Below the pieces are notes generated by a model, which did not search any database, was not told the origin of the DNA, and saw only the letters and a program-made list of their open reading frames with translations. From Hyperthermus butylicus DSM 5456 (lineage in GTDB: Archaea > Thermoproteota > Thermoprotei_A > Sulfolobales > Pyrodictiaceae), in assembly GCF_000015145.1 (NCBI RefSeq), contig NC_008818.1, forward strand, positions 1,500,001-1,532,000: 32,000 bases of DNA, in the 5' to 3' direction. The stretch's first letter is position 1. Each line of letters opens with the position of its first letter. The position numbers and the translations under genes are program-made. Below, piece after piece: positions 17,441 to 25,386 of this stretch.

Positions 17441-18677
17441 TTACCAGTCTCCGGGCTACAATATAGGCTAGCCCCGAAACAAGCAGCCCATAGAGTAGCG
17501 TGTCGACTATAACGCAGCCCGGCCGGAGCACGGAGAGCGCCGATGCGACAGTGGCCGAGAGGCCCCCTAGCCTCACCACGTGGCCCTGGAGCGCTACCTT
17601 GCCGTCAACCAGGTACTTGTCGATGGGCCCGGTGTAGGTTATGTTGACGAAGCCCCCGCTAAGCCTCACGGTGAGCACTACACCGTTCCCTGAGGGGAAG
17701 ACACCGTATACCCTTGTAACGGTGCCGCCGAGGTAGCCGGTGGCCATGTAGACTGCTGTAGCCACTATTATCAAGCCGGCCGCAATGCCTGCTAGCCTGA
17801 GCCTCCTGGCATACTCTACGCCGGCTCCAGCAGCCCGCACATAGGCCTGCACCGATAGCAAGCCTATAGCGAGGACCAGCAGTATCTTCGAGTAGAATAT
17901 CGCCCGAACCGCTGGATCCTGCATGAAATCCTGGAGGAGCGCTTGTGTGGGATGCAGGCTCGACTCCGCTATACGGGGCGCAGCATAGCTAATCGGCACC
18001 ATTGCATAGGCGGCAACGGCGTAGACCGAGGAAACCACTGGGGCCCTGTCGGGGTCGGTTATGCTGGCCCGGAGCGCAAAGTAGACCAGGTAGACTAGGA
18101 AGAGTAGGAGGACGCCCGTCTCGCGGGGATCCCAGTTCCACGCCTTCCCCCAGGACTCGGCTGCCCAGAAGCTGCCCGAGACAAGCGTGTAGGCGGCGTA
18201 AAGCGTTGCAACGATCAGGAACCCAACAACATACCTATCATAGACTTGGCGCCGGCGGAGCAGGTAGAGTATAGCCGAGACAAACGCGCCAGTGTAGAGT
18301 ACATAGCTGACCATAGCTGTCGGCACATGGATGTAGATGTTGAGGTAGGCAGCAGGGCTTCCCAGAGGCACAAAGGCAGGATAGGACCCCTCCAGTACTG
18401 CATAAGCCGACACCAAAGCGTCAACAATTAGCAGCGTAGCGAGAAACCCCACGAGCCTACCAACACTACCAGCCAAGGCCCGGGAGTCACCCCGCAACAG
18501 CACAGCTGTAGCGTCCTCCCAATCCAGGTGCAAGGCCCACCGAGAACCAGGTAATAAAGCCACCCACGCAAAAATCCGGAGGCGATAGAGCCCCTGGACA
18601 GCATAGCCACATACCACTAGGCGATGTCCGTCCTGCAGCTCAGCCCTAGACACAGTTCTACAGGAATGCCCCGCCAA
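17403..18677 (-). CDS. ccmC: heme lyase/exporter subunit CcmC with about 130-aa C-terminal extension
   Basis: The WWD motif is WGKAWNWDPRETGVLLLFLVY, and the conserved His region is LNIYIHVPTAM. The N-terminal 67 aa or so of the track ORF look non-genuine, and a TTG at 18476 (MAGSVGRLVGFLATLLIV) is a plausible start. The C-terminal extension begins near aa 290. Confidence 0.8.
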   Translation of the reverse strand: MAGHSCRTVSRAELQDGHRLVVCGYAVQGLYRLRIFAWVALLPGSRWALHLDWEDATAVLLRGDSRALAGSVGRLVGFLATLLIVDALVSAYAVLEGSYPAFVPLGSPAAYLNIYIHVPTAMVSYVLYTGAFVSAILYLLRRRQVYDRYVVGFLIVATLYAAYTLVSGSFWAAESWGKAWNWDPRETGVLLLFLVYLVYFALRASITDPDRAPVVSSVYAVAAYAMVPISYAAPRIAESSLHPTQALLQDFMQDPAVRAIFYSKILLVLAIGLLSVQAYVRAAGAGVEYARRLRLAGIAAGLIIVATAVYMATGYLGGTVTRVYGVFPSGNGVVLTVRLSGGFVNITYTGPIDKYLVDGKVALQGHVVRLGGLSATVASALSVLRPGCVIVDTLLYGLLVSGLAYIVARRLVSGGAGNSGGWQG

Positions 18678-18723
18678 GCGTCGACGGCTCGTAACACTGT
18701 GCTGCCCTGGCAGAGCTGTGCCC

Positions 18724-19374
18724 CTACCGTTTCCCCATCTCCAATAGCTTACCCTCTCTTATCTCGTAGACCTTGTCGGCTATTCCTAGGAGTTCTGGCT
18801 CTCCTTTGGGCGTCGCCGCTATTATCGCTGTGCCGCTGTCTGCTAGACCCCGCAGCATGACCGTTAGTGTCTTGGCAGCGTCGGGGTCTAGGCCGGTTAG
18901 GGGCTCGTCTATGAGGAGTAGTCTTGGTTTGTGGGCCAGGGCTCGGGCTATGTCCCCGCGGCGGCGCCAGCCGAAGCTCAGCCAGCCCGCTAGCTGGCTG
19001 AGCCTCGCCCTTAGCCCTAGCTTTTCCACGATGGGATCGGATGCGGACACGTAGCTTGACGCGTTGTTTAGCCTAGCGTATAACTCGATGTTCTCAGCTA
19101 CGGTTAGCTCGTCGTAGAGGAAGCTGTGGTGCATAACCACGCCTCTGCAGCGCTTCGCCTCGAGGCTCCAGGGCGGGTGACCGCAGACCCTTACCTCTCC
19201 CCTGCTTGGGCGGAGAAGGCCAGCAAGTATCCTTAGCAGCGTGGTCTTCCCGGAGCCGTTGGGGCCTACAATGACTACCAGCTCGCCCTCCTCTACTTTG
19301 AGTTCTACCCCGCGTAGAACCCATTCACCTGGACGGTAGGCCTTCCAGAGGTTCCTCGCGTAGGCTATGGTCAA
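18724..19374 (-). CDS. ccmA: heme export ABC ATPase CcmA
   Basis: The ORF is 216 aa. Walker A is GPNGSGKTT. The CcmA-like signature is LSFGWRRRGDIARAL, and Walker B is LLLIDEPLTGLD. The TTG start overlaps the ccmF stop (TTGA at 19371-19374). Confidence 0.75.
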   Translation of the reverse strand: MTIAYARNLWKAYRPGEWVLRGVELKVEEGELVVIVGPNGSGKTTLLRILAGLLRPSRGEVRVCGHPPWSLEAKRCRGVVMHHSFLYDELTVAENIELYARLNNASSYVSASDPIVEKLGLRARLSQLAGWLSFGWRRRGDIARALAHKPRLLLIDEPLTGLDPDAAKTLTVMLRGLADSGTAIIAATPKGEPELLGIADKVYEIREGKLLEMGKR

Positions 19375-22300
19375 GCCCTGCCAGCCCTCCTCGATGCGAG
19401 CACGCCTACGGCTGCGAGGTATAGTGCTGAGACCGCCATTACCACTGGGCCTATCCAGACGAGCCTCACGCCGGGCACGAGCTTAACCTGTAGGCGTAGA
19501 CCATCCCTTACCAGTGTAGAGTTTGCAGGGTCGAACTTCGAGGCCAGAATGTAGACGTCTAGGAGGCTGTTCTCCAGGAACGCCCTTGCCTGTTGCTTCT
19601 CGAGGCCGGATACGAAGTCTGCGTTGTAGCCTCCAACCATTACTGCTGCCAGGGCTAGTCGATCCGGCACGGTGAGGTTCTTGAATGCCTCGTGGAGATA
19701 GTAGATTAGCAGCTCGTGATACGCCACGGCCTTGCCGTAGATTATGCTATCCACTACAGGCGGGTTAATGACTATGTATAGCTCGTCGAGCCCCAGGCCG
19801 GGATGCATAACCTTTGGTACAAGCCCATGGATACCTTGTACCTCTCCATAGGCTTCGAATCGTATCCTCAGCTTGACCTCCCTAAGGTCATCGCCCCTTC
19901 CCACCAGCAGCTTGACATCCAGCCAGGCTGTTTCGGGTACAAGCCTCGGCGCCGCCACGTAGGCCCTGCAACTATCAGCGAATAGTGCACCGGAGGCTAG
20001 ACAGTCCCTGGTGAACGCTAGCTCGAGCACTCTATCCGGCTCCCTCAGCAGCTCGTAGAGACCTGTCTCGTTAAGTAGGCGCATCAGCTCCCGGTACCTC
20101 TCGTCCTGGGAGACCACAGCGTAGACTACGAGGGGGCGTGGTAGCTCAGCCGGTATGGCTATAGAGGTGTTGCCCCATACCACGAGCCTACCAGCATCAA
20201 TGCCTATCACCGAGTCCTCGCCGGTTATCCTCCCATCTTCCACCCTTAGGGGGGCACCCTTCCCCGCTGATAGCATCGCCTGCGAGGTTAGCGTAGCATT
20301 CACCACCTCTACAGTAATGTTGCCCAGGACTATCCTTGTAGGCTCATTGAATTCTAGTGCTAAAAGCTCGTGTACCCCCAGGAGGGGCGGCATGAAGGCT
20401 GACACGTTCCTCTGAAGCTCGAGGACCATTCTTGCAGCGCTCAGCCTCAGGTAGACCATGAGCCTGCCTGTCTCCTCGTCCAGGACCGGGGCTGGTGTGA
20501 GCGTTACATTCGTCAGCATGATGCGTACCGGCTCGTTGTAGGCTATAACCATTGTAGCATTCTGTGTGAAGCTGATAAACCTCACGGTAGCGTTAGCCTC
20601 GACGGTAAAGTTGCCCAGGTATACTAGCTCGTCGCGCATCGTTAGGTTGAGAAGGAGGCGCAGCGTCCTGTTCTCGTATAGGCTCCTACCGACCTCATAG
20701 TCACGTATAATGGATGCCATATCGTTTGCCAGAGTGTAGAGGGCCACTTGGCCATAGTAGTAGCTGCTGCTTCTCCCAACGTACTGCGTATAGATGTCCA
20801 CTCGGGAACTGCTTATTCCGTAGCTGTAGTCCTCAAAGACTAGCTTGACTCCGCCCGGGAGCTCGAGCACCTCGCCCGGCTTCAGCGTGTAGTCCCGAAG
20901 GTACACCGTATTGAAGGCGTATGTGCCGCTGAGCAGGATGCCCAGCACGGTGAGTGAGAGGCCTAGGTGTAGGAGTGAGAGCCCGGAGAGACGGTCGCCG
21001 AGCAGTGTTGGGGATCTACGGCGGACCTGCAAGGCTATGTACGTAGCTGTGGAGGCCGCTGCAGTGACGGCCCAGGGGAGCCCAAATGCCATCAGTATAC
21101 TGGTTTCCTGAGGGCTAAGCGGGGCTAACACAATGTAGCCACGATACGCGGCTACTGCTAGCACACTAGCTATGACTGCTGTGGTTGCTGTGAGTGCTGC
21201 GTAGCCCCTCCAGCCCAGCCACTTGCCGGTAAACACTGCCGGTATTGCAGCGAGCATCGCTATGAGTAGCGGGTAGAGCACCGGGTGGTAGAATTCTACG
21301 CCCTCCTTCATCTGCGGCACCGTGACTTCGTGGCCGGCTAGCGTGTAGAGAGCCGGGATGAAAAGCGACGCGTAGACAAACACCGAGGCTGCCAGAAGCG
21401 CCGCAAAGGCCACGGCGAGGCCTACACGGTACGTGTCGAGGCTGCGAATCGCCCTCGACAGCTCCTTGCCCGCCAACTCTACGCTGGTGTAGAGCCTCCA
21501 GACAGCGTAAGCGAACGCTGCCGCGCCCAGGGAGAGGAGGCTCGCTGCACCAATAGTGGAAGCCGCGAAGCTGTGTAAGGGGCTAAGACCGCTCCTCGTA
21601 ACGTACATCGCGGTGAATATGCTTGAGAGAAGCCAGGCAGCATTGAACCCGCTAAGGCTGGGGGCTACTGCGAGCATGTGGGCTAGCAGGGTAGCTACGA
21701 GCCAGACCATTAGCTCGCTGGTCTCAACCGGGTCCCAGGCCCAGTAGCCTCCCCAGCCGAAGGTCTCGTAGCTCCAATACCCTCCTATCAGTATGCCAAG
21801 GGTTAGCAGTGCCCAGCCAACCTCGTAGAGTATGTAGCCCTCCCTCCTGACGCCAGCCAGGAACGCTATAGAGGAGACAGCTAGCAGGGCGTAGCCCCCA
21901 AACGTTGTGAGCGGATGGGGGTAGAGCCAGGGGCTCTTAAGCAGCGGATTTAGCCCGGCACCGCTAGCCGGGGGCTCCGGCAGCACCGTGAACGCATCGT
22001 TGAGGAATGCTGCAAGGAGACCGACGGTAACAACGACGGCTACTCCACCAGCTAGCCACCTCACCTCGTGACGGCGTAGGAGGTAGAGCCCCGCAAGGCT
22101 AGCGACAACGCTGAAGAGGTAAAGACTCCCGCCGCCCCCAGCCCATGCAGAGGCAAGCCTCATCCACAGGGGTAGGCCGGGGCTGGTATTCCAGAAGACC
22201 TCGTGCAGAGTGAAGTCCAGCCTTATGAATGGTATCCAGTAGACTAGCCAGCCAACAGCAGCCAACACGAGGCCGAGCTTGAGTATCCTCTCTACACGCC

Positions 22301-22400
22301 TACCAAGGGCTAGCGATGCTATGGCGCTATAGGCTACCAGTGCAAGCGCTGCTGCAGGCAGTATCGCTGTGTAGTGGAGTCCAAACAGCGAGAACGCCAA
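19371..22400 (-). CDS. ccmF: cytochrome c heme lyase CcmF, enlarged (1009 aa)
   Basis: The WWD motif is FGWGGYWAWDPVETSELMVWL. A polytopic N-terminal domain covers about 500 aa. A soluble insert of about 470 aa follows, and the protein ends with a TM helix (VWIGPVVMAVSALYLAAVGVL). The start is TTG, preceded by GAGGTGAT. Confidence 0.85.
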   Translation of the reverse strand: MAFSLFGLHYTAILPAAALALVAYSAIASLALGRRVERILKLGLVLAAVGWLVYWIPFIRLDFTLHEVFWNTSPGLPLWMRLASAWAGGGGSLYLFSVVASLAGLYLLRRHEVRWLAGGVAVVVTVGLLAAFLNDAFTVLPEPPASGAGLNPLLKSPWLYPHPLTTFGGYALLAVSSIAFLAGVRREGYILYEVGWALLTLGILIGGYWSYETFGWGGYWAWDPVETSELMVWLVATLLAHMLAVAPSLSGFNAAWLLSSIFTAMYVTRSGLSPLHSFAASTIGAASLLSLGAAAFAYAVWRLYTSVELAGKELSRAIRSLDTYRVGLAVAFAALLAASVFVYASLFIPALYTLAGHEVTVPQMKEGVEFYHPVLYPLLIAMLAAIPAVFTGKWLGWRGYAALTATTAVIASVLAVAAYRGYIVLAPLSPQETSILMAFGLPWAVTAAASTATYIALQVRRRSPTLLGDRLSGLSLLHLGLSLTVLGILLSGTYAFNTVYLRDYTLKPGEVLELPGGVKLVFEDYSYGISSSRVDIYTQYVGRSSSYYYGQVALYTLANDMASIIRDYEVGRSLYENRTLRLLLNLTMRDELVYLGNFTVEANATVRFISFTQNATMVIAYNEPVRIMLTNVTLTPAPVLDEETGRLMVYLRLSAARMVLELQRNVSAFMPPLLGVHELLALEFNEPTRIVLGNITVEVVNATLTSQAMLSAGKGAPLRVEDGRITGEDSVIGIDAGRLVVWGNTSIAIPAELPRPLVVYAVVSQDERYRELMRLLNETGLYELLREPDRVLELAFTRDCLASGALFADSCRAYVAAPRLVPETAWLDVKLLVGRGDDLREVKLRIRFEAYGEVQGIHGLVPKVMHPGLGLDELYIVINPPVVDSIIYGKAVAYHELLIYYLHEAFKNLTVPDRLALAAVMVGGYNADFVSGLEKQQARAFLENSLLDVYILASKFDPANSTLVRDGLRLQVKLVPGVRLVWIGPVVMAVSALYLAAVGVLASRRAGRA

Positions 22401-22417
22401 GGCAACACATCACCTCT

Positions 22418-23989
22418 CTAGACCAGCTGTAGGCTGTACATGAGTAGGTAGAGCCCCGAGGCTAGGAGGACTGCTCCACCAATCCTGCTTAGTAGGCTGC
22501 TCCTGGCGAGGAGCCTGTCTACAACACCCGCGCCCAGCCTGGATACGGTGTAGAGGGCTAGGGCTAGGGGCACGCTAACGCCGAGGGCGAAGCTTGATGC
22601 GACAAGCAGCGCTGACACAGTGCTCCCAGCACTAGCGATGAGTAGAAGTGCACCCACAACGAGGGGAAGGTTGCACTGCACAGCAAGGAACCCATAAGCG
22701 GCACAGAAGCCTATGAGGCCGCCCCTCCTAGCCGATATGATCCCCTCCAGCTCAACCGGGACCCCAAGCAGCCCCCCGAAACCAGCAGCAATAACAGCCG
22801 ACGCTATAACTGGTATTAGCACCTCCTGCAGCCTCGACACAGCGGCGCCGAACAGGACGAAGAGGGCACCTATCCCGAGCACCCCCACAAAGCTCGCGAG
22901 ACCACAGAGCCCACAGCTGCTAGCCGACATGACGCGGCCCCGAGAGCTGACGACAGCTGCCTGCGTAACCAGTAGCGGGAGAACACAAGGCGAGAATGCG
23001 GCCACAAAACCAGCTGCAAAGGCTGCTAGTGCACCTACAAGCCCTACTAGCTGCTGACTCCCGCTAGCCGTTACACTGATGACTGTAGCCTCGCCAGGCC
23101 CGGGCTCCACAGCCATAGCTTCAAGCGTGTCGTTGAAGAGTCTAGGCGGCTCCCTGCCGAGCAGCATAGCAGAGATGTACTCTAGCAGGTACGTAGCCCT
23201 ATCAACCTCGTAGGATGTGAGGTCCTGTACATACTTCCTCATGCCAGCTACAGCCTCGTGGAGCAAGTTGTAGCCACCGTAGAGCTCGCTTAGCGTCCGA
23301 TTAGACCTCAACGCTTCGACAAGCCTCTCGGCAAGCATGTCGCCTGCCACAGCCCTACGCGACTCAAGCCAAACCCTCAACGATTCAGTGTCGATACCTT
23401 CTATGTGGCCGTGGCATACTGCGCATCTAGAGTTGAAGACCTGGAGGCCCTCAGAGGCAAGCCTCTCCGGGTTAGAGGCCACAGCAAGCCCGGCAGCTGA
23501 AAGGGCCCAGGATAGCATAGCCTCGGTTATGTTTCCGCCCCAAAAGCCCCCCACATGCCTTGCAACCGGTTTACCGTCAACGAAGACTATGAAGGTCGGA
23601 GTCTCGGAGACGCCATAGCGGCGAAAAGCGGGGTCGCTTTCACCACTGTACATTATGTGGTAGAACTCTACGGGGAGCTGGCTACTAGCCTCCTCCAGCC
23701 GGGCCCAGTACGGGTACATCTTCCTGCACACCGGGCAGCTGGGAGCCTCAAACATTACAGCCACTGGCTTCTCCGTCTCCTCTAGGAGCTTCTCGAGAGC
23801 AGCAAGGTTCGGTATACTGTTCCCCGAAACCTTGAGGTAGACCTTGGAATCTCCCTCCATGTACACAAGCAGCGAGAACACTACAACAGCAGATATGGTC
23901 ACCAAGACTACGAGTAGCGCGCCGCTACGCTTCCGCCTCTGGAACCCCTCAAGGTCTAGCCTCATGCTCCTACGCCGCAGCCCCGACAA
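22418..23989 (-). CDS. fusion protein: signal anchor + thioredoxin (CPVC) + cytochrome c (CAVCH) + CcdA/DsbD-type membrane thiol-disulfide transporter
   Basis: The ORF is 523 aa. The thioredoxin motif is MFEAPSCPVCRKMYPYW (CPVC at nt 23726-23737). The class-I heme c site is LQVFNSRCAVCHGH (CAVCH at nt 23411-23425). The CcdA membrane cysteines are AAFSPCVLPLLV and FLAVQCNLPLVV, and an additional CGLC lies at nt 22904-22915. This is the first gene of the ccm operon. Confidence 0.75.
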   Translation of the reverse strand: MSGLRRRSMRLDLEGFQRRKRSGALLVVLVTISAVVVFSLLVYMEGDSKVYLKVSGNSIPNLAALEKLLEETEKPVAVMFEAPSCPVCRKMYPYWARLEEASSQLPVEFYHIMYSGESDPAFRRYGVSETPTFIVFVDGKPVARHVGGFWGGNITEAMLSWALSAAGLAVASNPERLASEGLQVFNSRCAVCHGHIEGIDTESLRVWLESRRAVAGDMLAERLVEALRSNRTLSELYGGYNLLHEAVAGMRKYVQDLTSYEVDRATYLLEYISAMLLGREPPRLFNDTLEAMAVEPGPGEATVISVTASGSQQLVGLVGALAAFAAGFVAAFSPCVLPLLVTQAAVVSSRGRVMSASSCGLCGLASFVGVLGIGALFVLFGAAVSRLQEVLIPVIASAVIAAGFGGLLGVPVELEGIISARRGGLIGFCAAYGFLAVQCNLPLVVGALLLIASAGSTVSALLVASSFALGVSVPLALALYTVSRLGAGVVDRLLARSSLLSRIGGAVLLASGLYLLMYSLQLV

Positions 23990-24117
23990 GACCCCTCAGC
24001 CACACCCCAGTACGGCCCGCAACCAGGCCCCCTTGCCAGGCGAAGCACACAGCAGCCACCCCAGTACAAAATTATACCTTTCAAGAAAATATTCGGGTGT
24101 AACAGCCGGGAGGCCCG

Positions 24118-24136
24118 AGAGCCCCATGTAGGGGCT
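24118..24136 (-). terminator. 7-bp perfect inverted repeat (GAGCCCC-ATGTA-GGGGCTC) just downstream of the HTH_10 gene
   Basis: The repeat was read directly from the sequence. It lies 7 nt after the stop codon at 24143, in the gap before the ccm operon. Archaeal termination usually relies on oligo-T tracts rather than hairpins, so the function is uncertain. Confidence 0.2.
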
Positions 24137-24142
24137 CGCCGT

Positions 24143-24997
24143 CTAGGAGCCCCCAGCCGCAACTACAGCTGCGGCCTTCCCAGGCTCGGAGACACTTGTC
24201 TCCTCGTCCTTACAAGCCTTCTTGTTGCTGGTAAGCTTCTCCTCGATGAACCTCCGGTGCGCCTCACGGTTTAGTATTATGCCGACAAGGTAGTGTGGAA
24301 GCTCGTGCCGGACAAATGCCTCCACAACCTTGGCCTCAGCCTTCCGGAGTAGTTCAGCCAGCGTAGAAACCGAGACGCCGAGCTTTGCAGCTAGACTCTT
24401 AAGACTAATCCTTCGTGGGAAGCTATAGTAGCCCATCAGGTAGGCGTAGATAAGTGCTAGCTCCTGCTTCTCGGTCAGCATGTAGTCGTACTCGTCGATA
24501 CGATGCATGAATACTATCCTGTACCCGCTAGACCGGAGGTAATCTAGCCCCTTCCCCCGCGCCACTATGAACTCGCAGAGAATACCATAGGGCGCAATTA
24601 TAACGGACTTAGCCATAACACCTATGGGAGCTGATACCAGTAGACAGCTCTTACCATTCCGTAGGCACGCACACTTAGACACATCGACGAGGATCCTGTA
24701 TACGTTGTTAAACTTGCTGGAATAGACGCGCTGGAAGGCAAGCCCATCCATTCGCTTCAGCTGTCTCTCAAACTCTTCCATCGATCCGTTCCCGCCGCTA
24801 GCCCGAACCCAGAGCTCCGTAACGCCCCGCTCCCAGTCAATGTTAACCCTCAAGACGCGCGCAGCGAGACCACTAACAAGCCTAAGCGGGCCGCTATCAG
24901 TATCGCTGCTCTTCTTAGCAGCACTGCTAACCGCCATGTACAGCGGACATTCAAGGTTGTCGCGGAGGCAGAACACTACTAGTGGCACATTCGACAT
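24143..24997 (-). CDS. HTH_10 (bacterio-opsin-activator-type) DNA-binding regulator
   Basis: The ORF is 284 aa. The C-terminal HTH reads LTEKQELALIYAYLMGYYSFPRRISLKSLAAKLGVSVSTLAELLRKAEAKVVEAF, which matches the HTH_10 pattern LT-x-+Q...GY(F/Y)-x-PR...LA..LG(I/V)S..T..E.LR+AE.K. Confidence 0.7.
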   Translation of the reverse strand: MSNVPLVVFCLRDNLECPLYMAVSSAAKKSSDTDSGPLRLVSGLAARVLRVNIDWERGVTELWVRASGGNGSMEEFERQLKRMDGLAFQRVYSSKFNNVYRILVDVSKCACLRNGKSCLLVSAPIGVMAKSVIIAPYGILCEFIVARGKGLDYLRSSGYRIVFMHRIDEYDYMLTEKQELALIYAYLMGYYSFPRRISLKSLAAKLGVSVSTLAELLRKAEAKVVEAFVRHELPHYLVGIILNREAHRRFIEEKLTSNKKACKDEETSVSEPGKAAAVVAAGGS

Positions 24998-25085
24998 GCT
25001 AACACCCAGAGGCGCCAGAGCCCAAGGTAACTACCCTGCTACCAGCCCAAACCTATACCAACGATATAGTATGCAAAATGTTTTG

Positions 25086-25099
25086 CCGAAAATTTTCGG
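25086..25099. promoter_or_regulatory. perfect 14-bp palindrome CCGAAAATTTTCGG, candidate operator
   Basis: The palindrome was read directly from the sequence. It lies about 90 nt upstream of the HTH_10 gene start (24997), in the divergent intergenic region shared with the CBS/Cas6-like genes. Confidence 0.35.
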
Positions 25100-25355
25100 G
25101 ACGTATGTACGGTATACCCAGCTTCTACCCACACAACGCCCAGCCACGCTGCCAAAAACGGCACCTAACAACCCTCCCCCTCACGGCGAGAAAACCGTGG
25201 AACCCATCCAAGGCTGGGTACCCATAACCCCCTATTACATCAAGGTTACCAACAATGATCTACGGCAGAGACAGCATTAGTGCCATGAGGTCTTCGCGAT
25301 TTCCCCTTGAGTTCTCGCCGTATAGGAGGCATGAGAGCCGTTATAGTTTACTGAG

Positions 25356-25365
25356 TTATTTAAAT
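25356..25365 (+). promoter_or_regulatory. TATA-like box TTATTTAAAT upstream of the CBS gene
   Basis: This AT-rich box lies about 25-30 nt upstream of the first possible start of the CBS ORF (TTG 25387). That spacing is consistent with an archaeal TATA to TSS distance. Confidence 0.3.
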
Positions 25366-25386
25366 TCCGAAATGTGGAGTGAATAG

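Noticed and set aside
18428-18610. 60-aa minus-strand ORF as a possible missing CcmD between ccmA and a shorter ccmC
   Set aside because: The sequence (MAMLSRGSIASGFLRGWLYYLVLGGPCTWIGRTLQLCCCG...) has no clean single TM helix with a CcmD-like charged tail. It also overlaps the ccmC frame, so it is unsupported.
23950-23989. N-terminal RRR / RRKR of the Trx-cyt c-CcdA fusion as a twin-arginine (Tat) signal
   Set aside because: The context (GLRRRSMRL, FQRRKRSG) does not match the S/T-R-R-x-F-L-K consensus. The basic residues fit a positive-inside signal anchor, and c-type cytochrome domains are normally exported unfolded by the Sec pathway.
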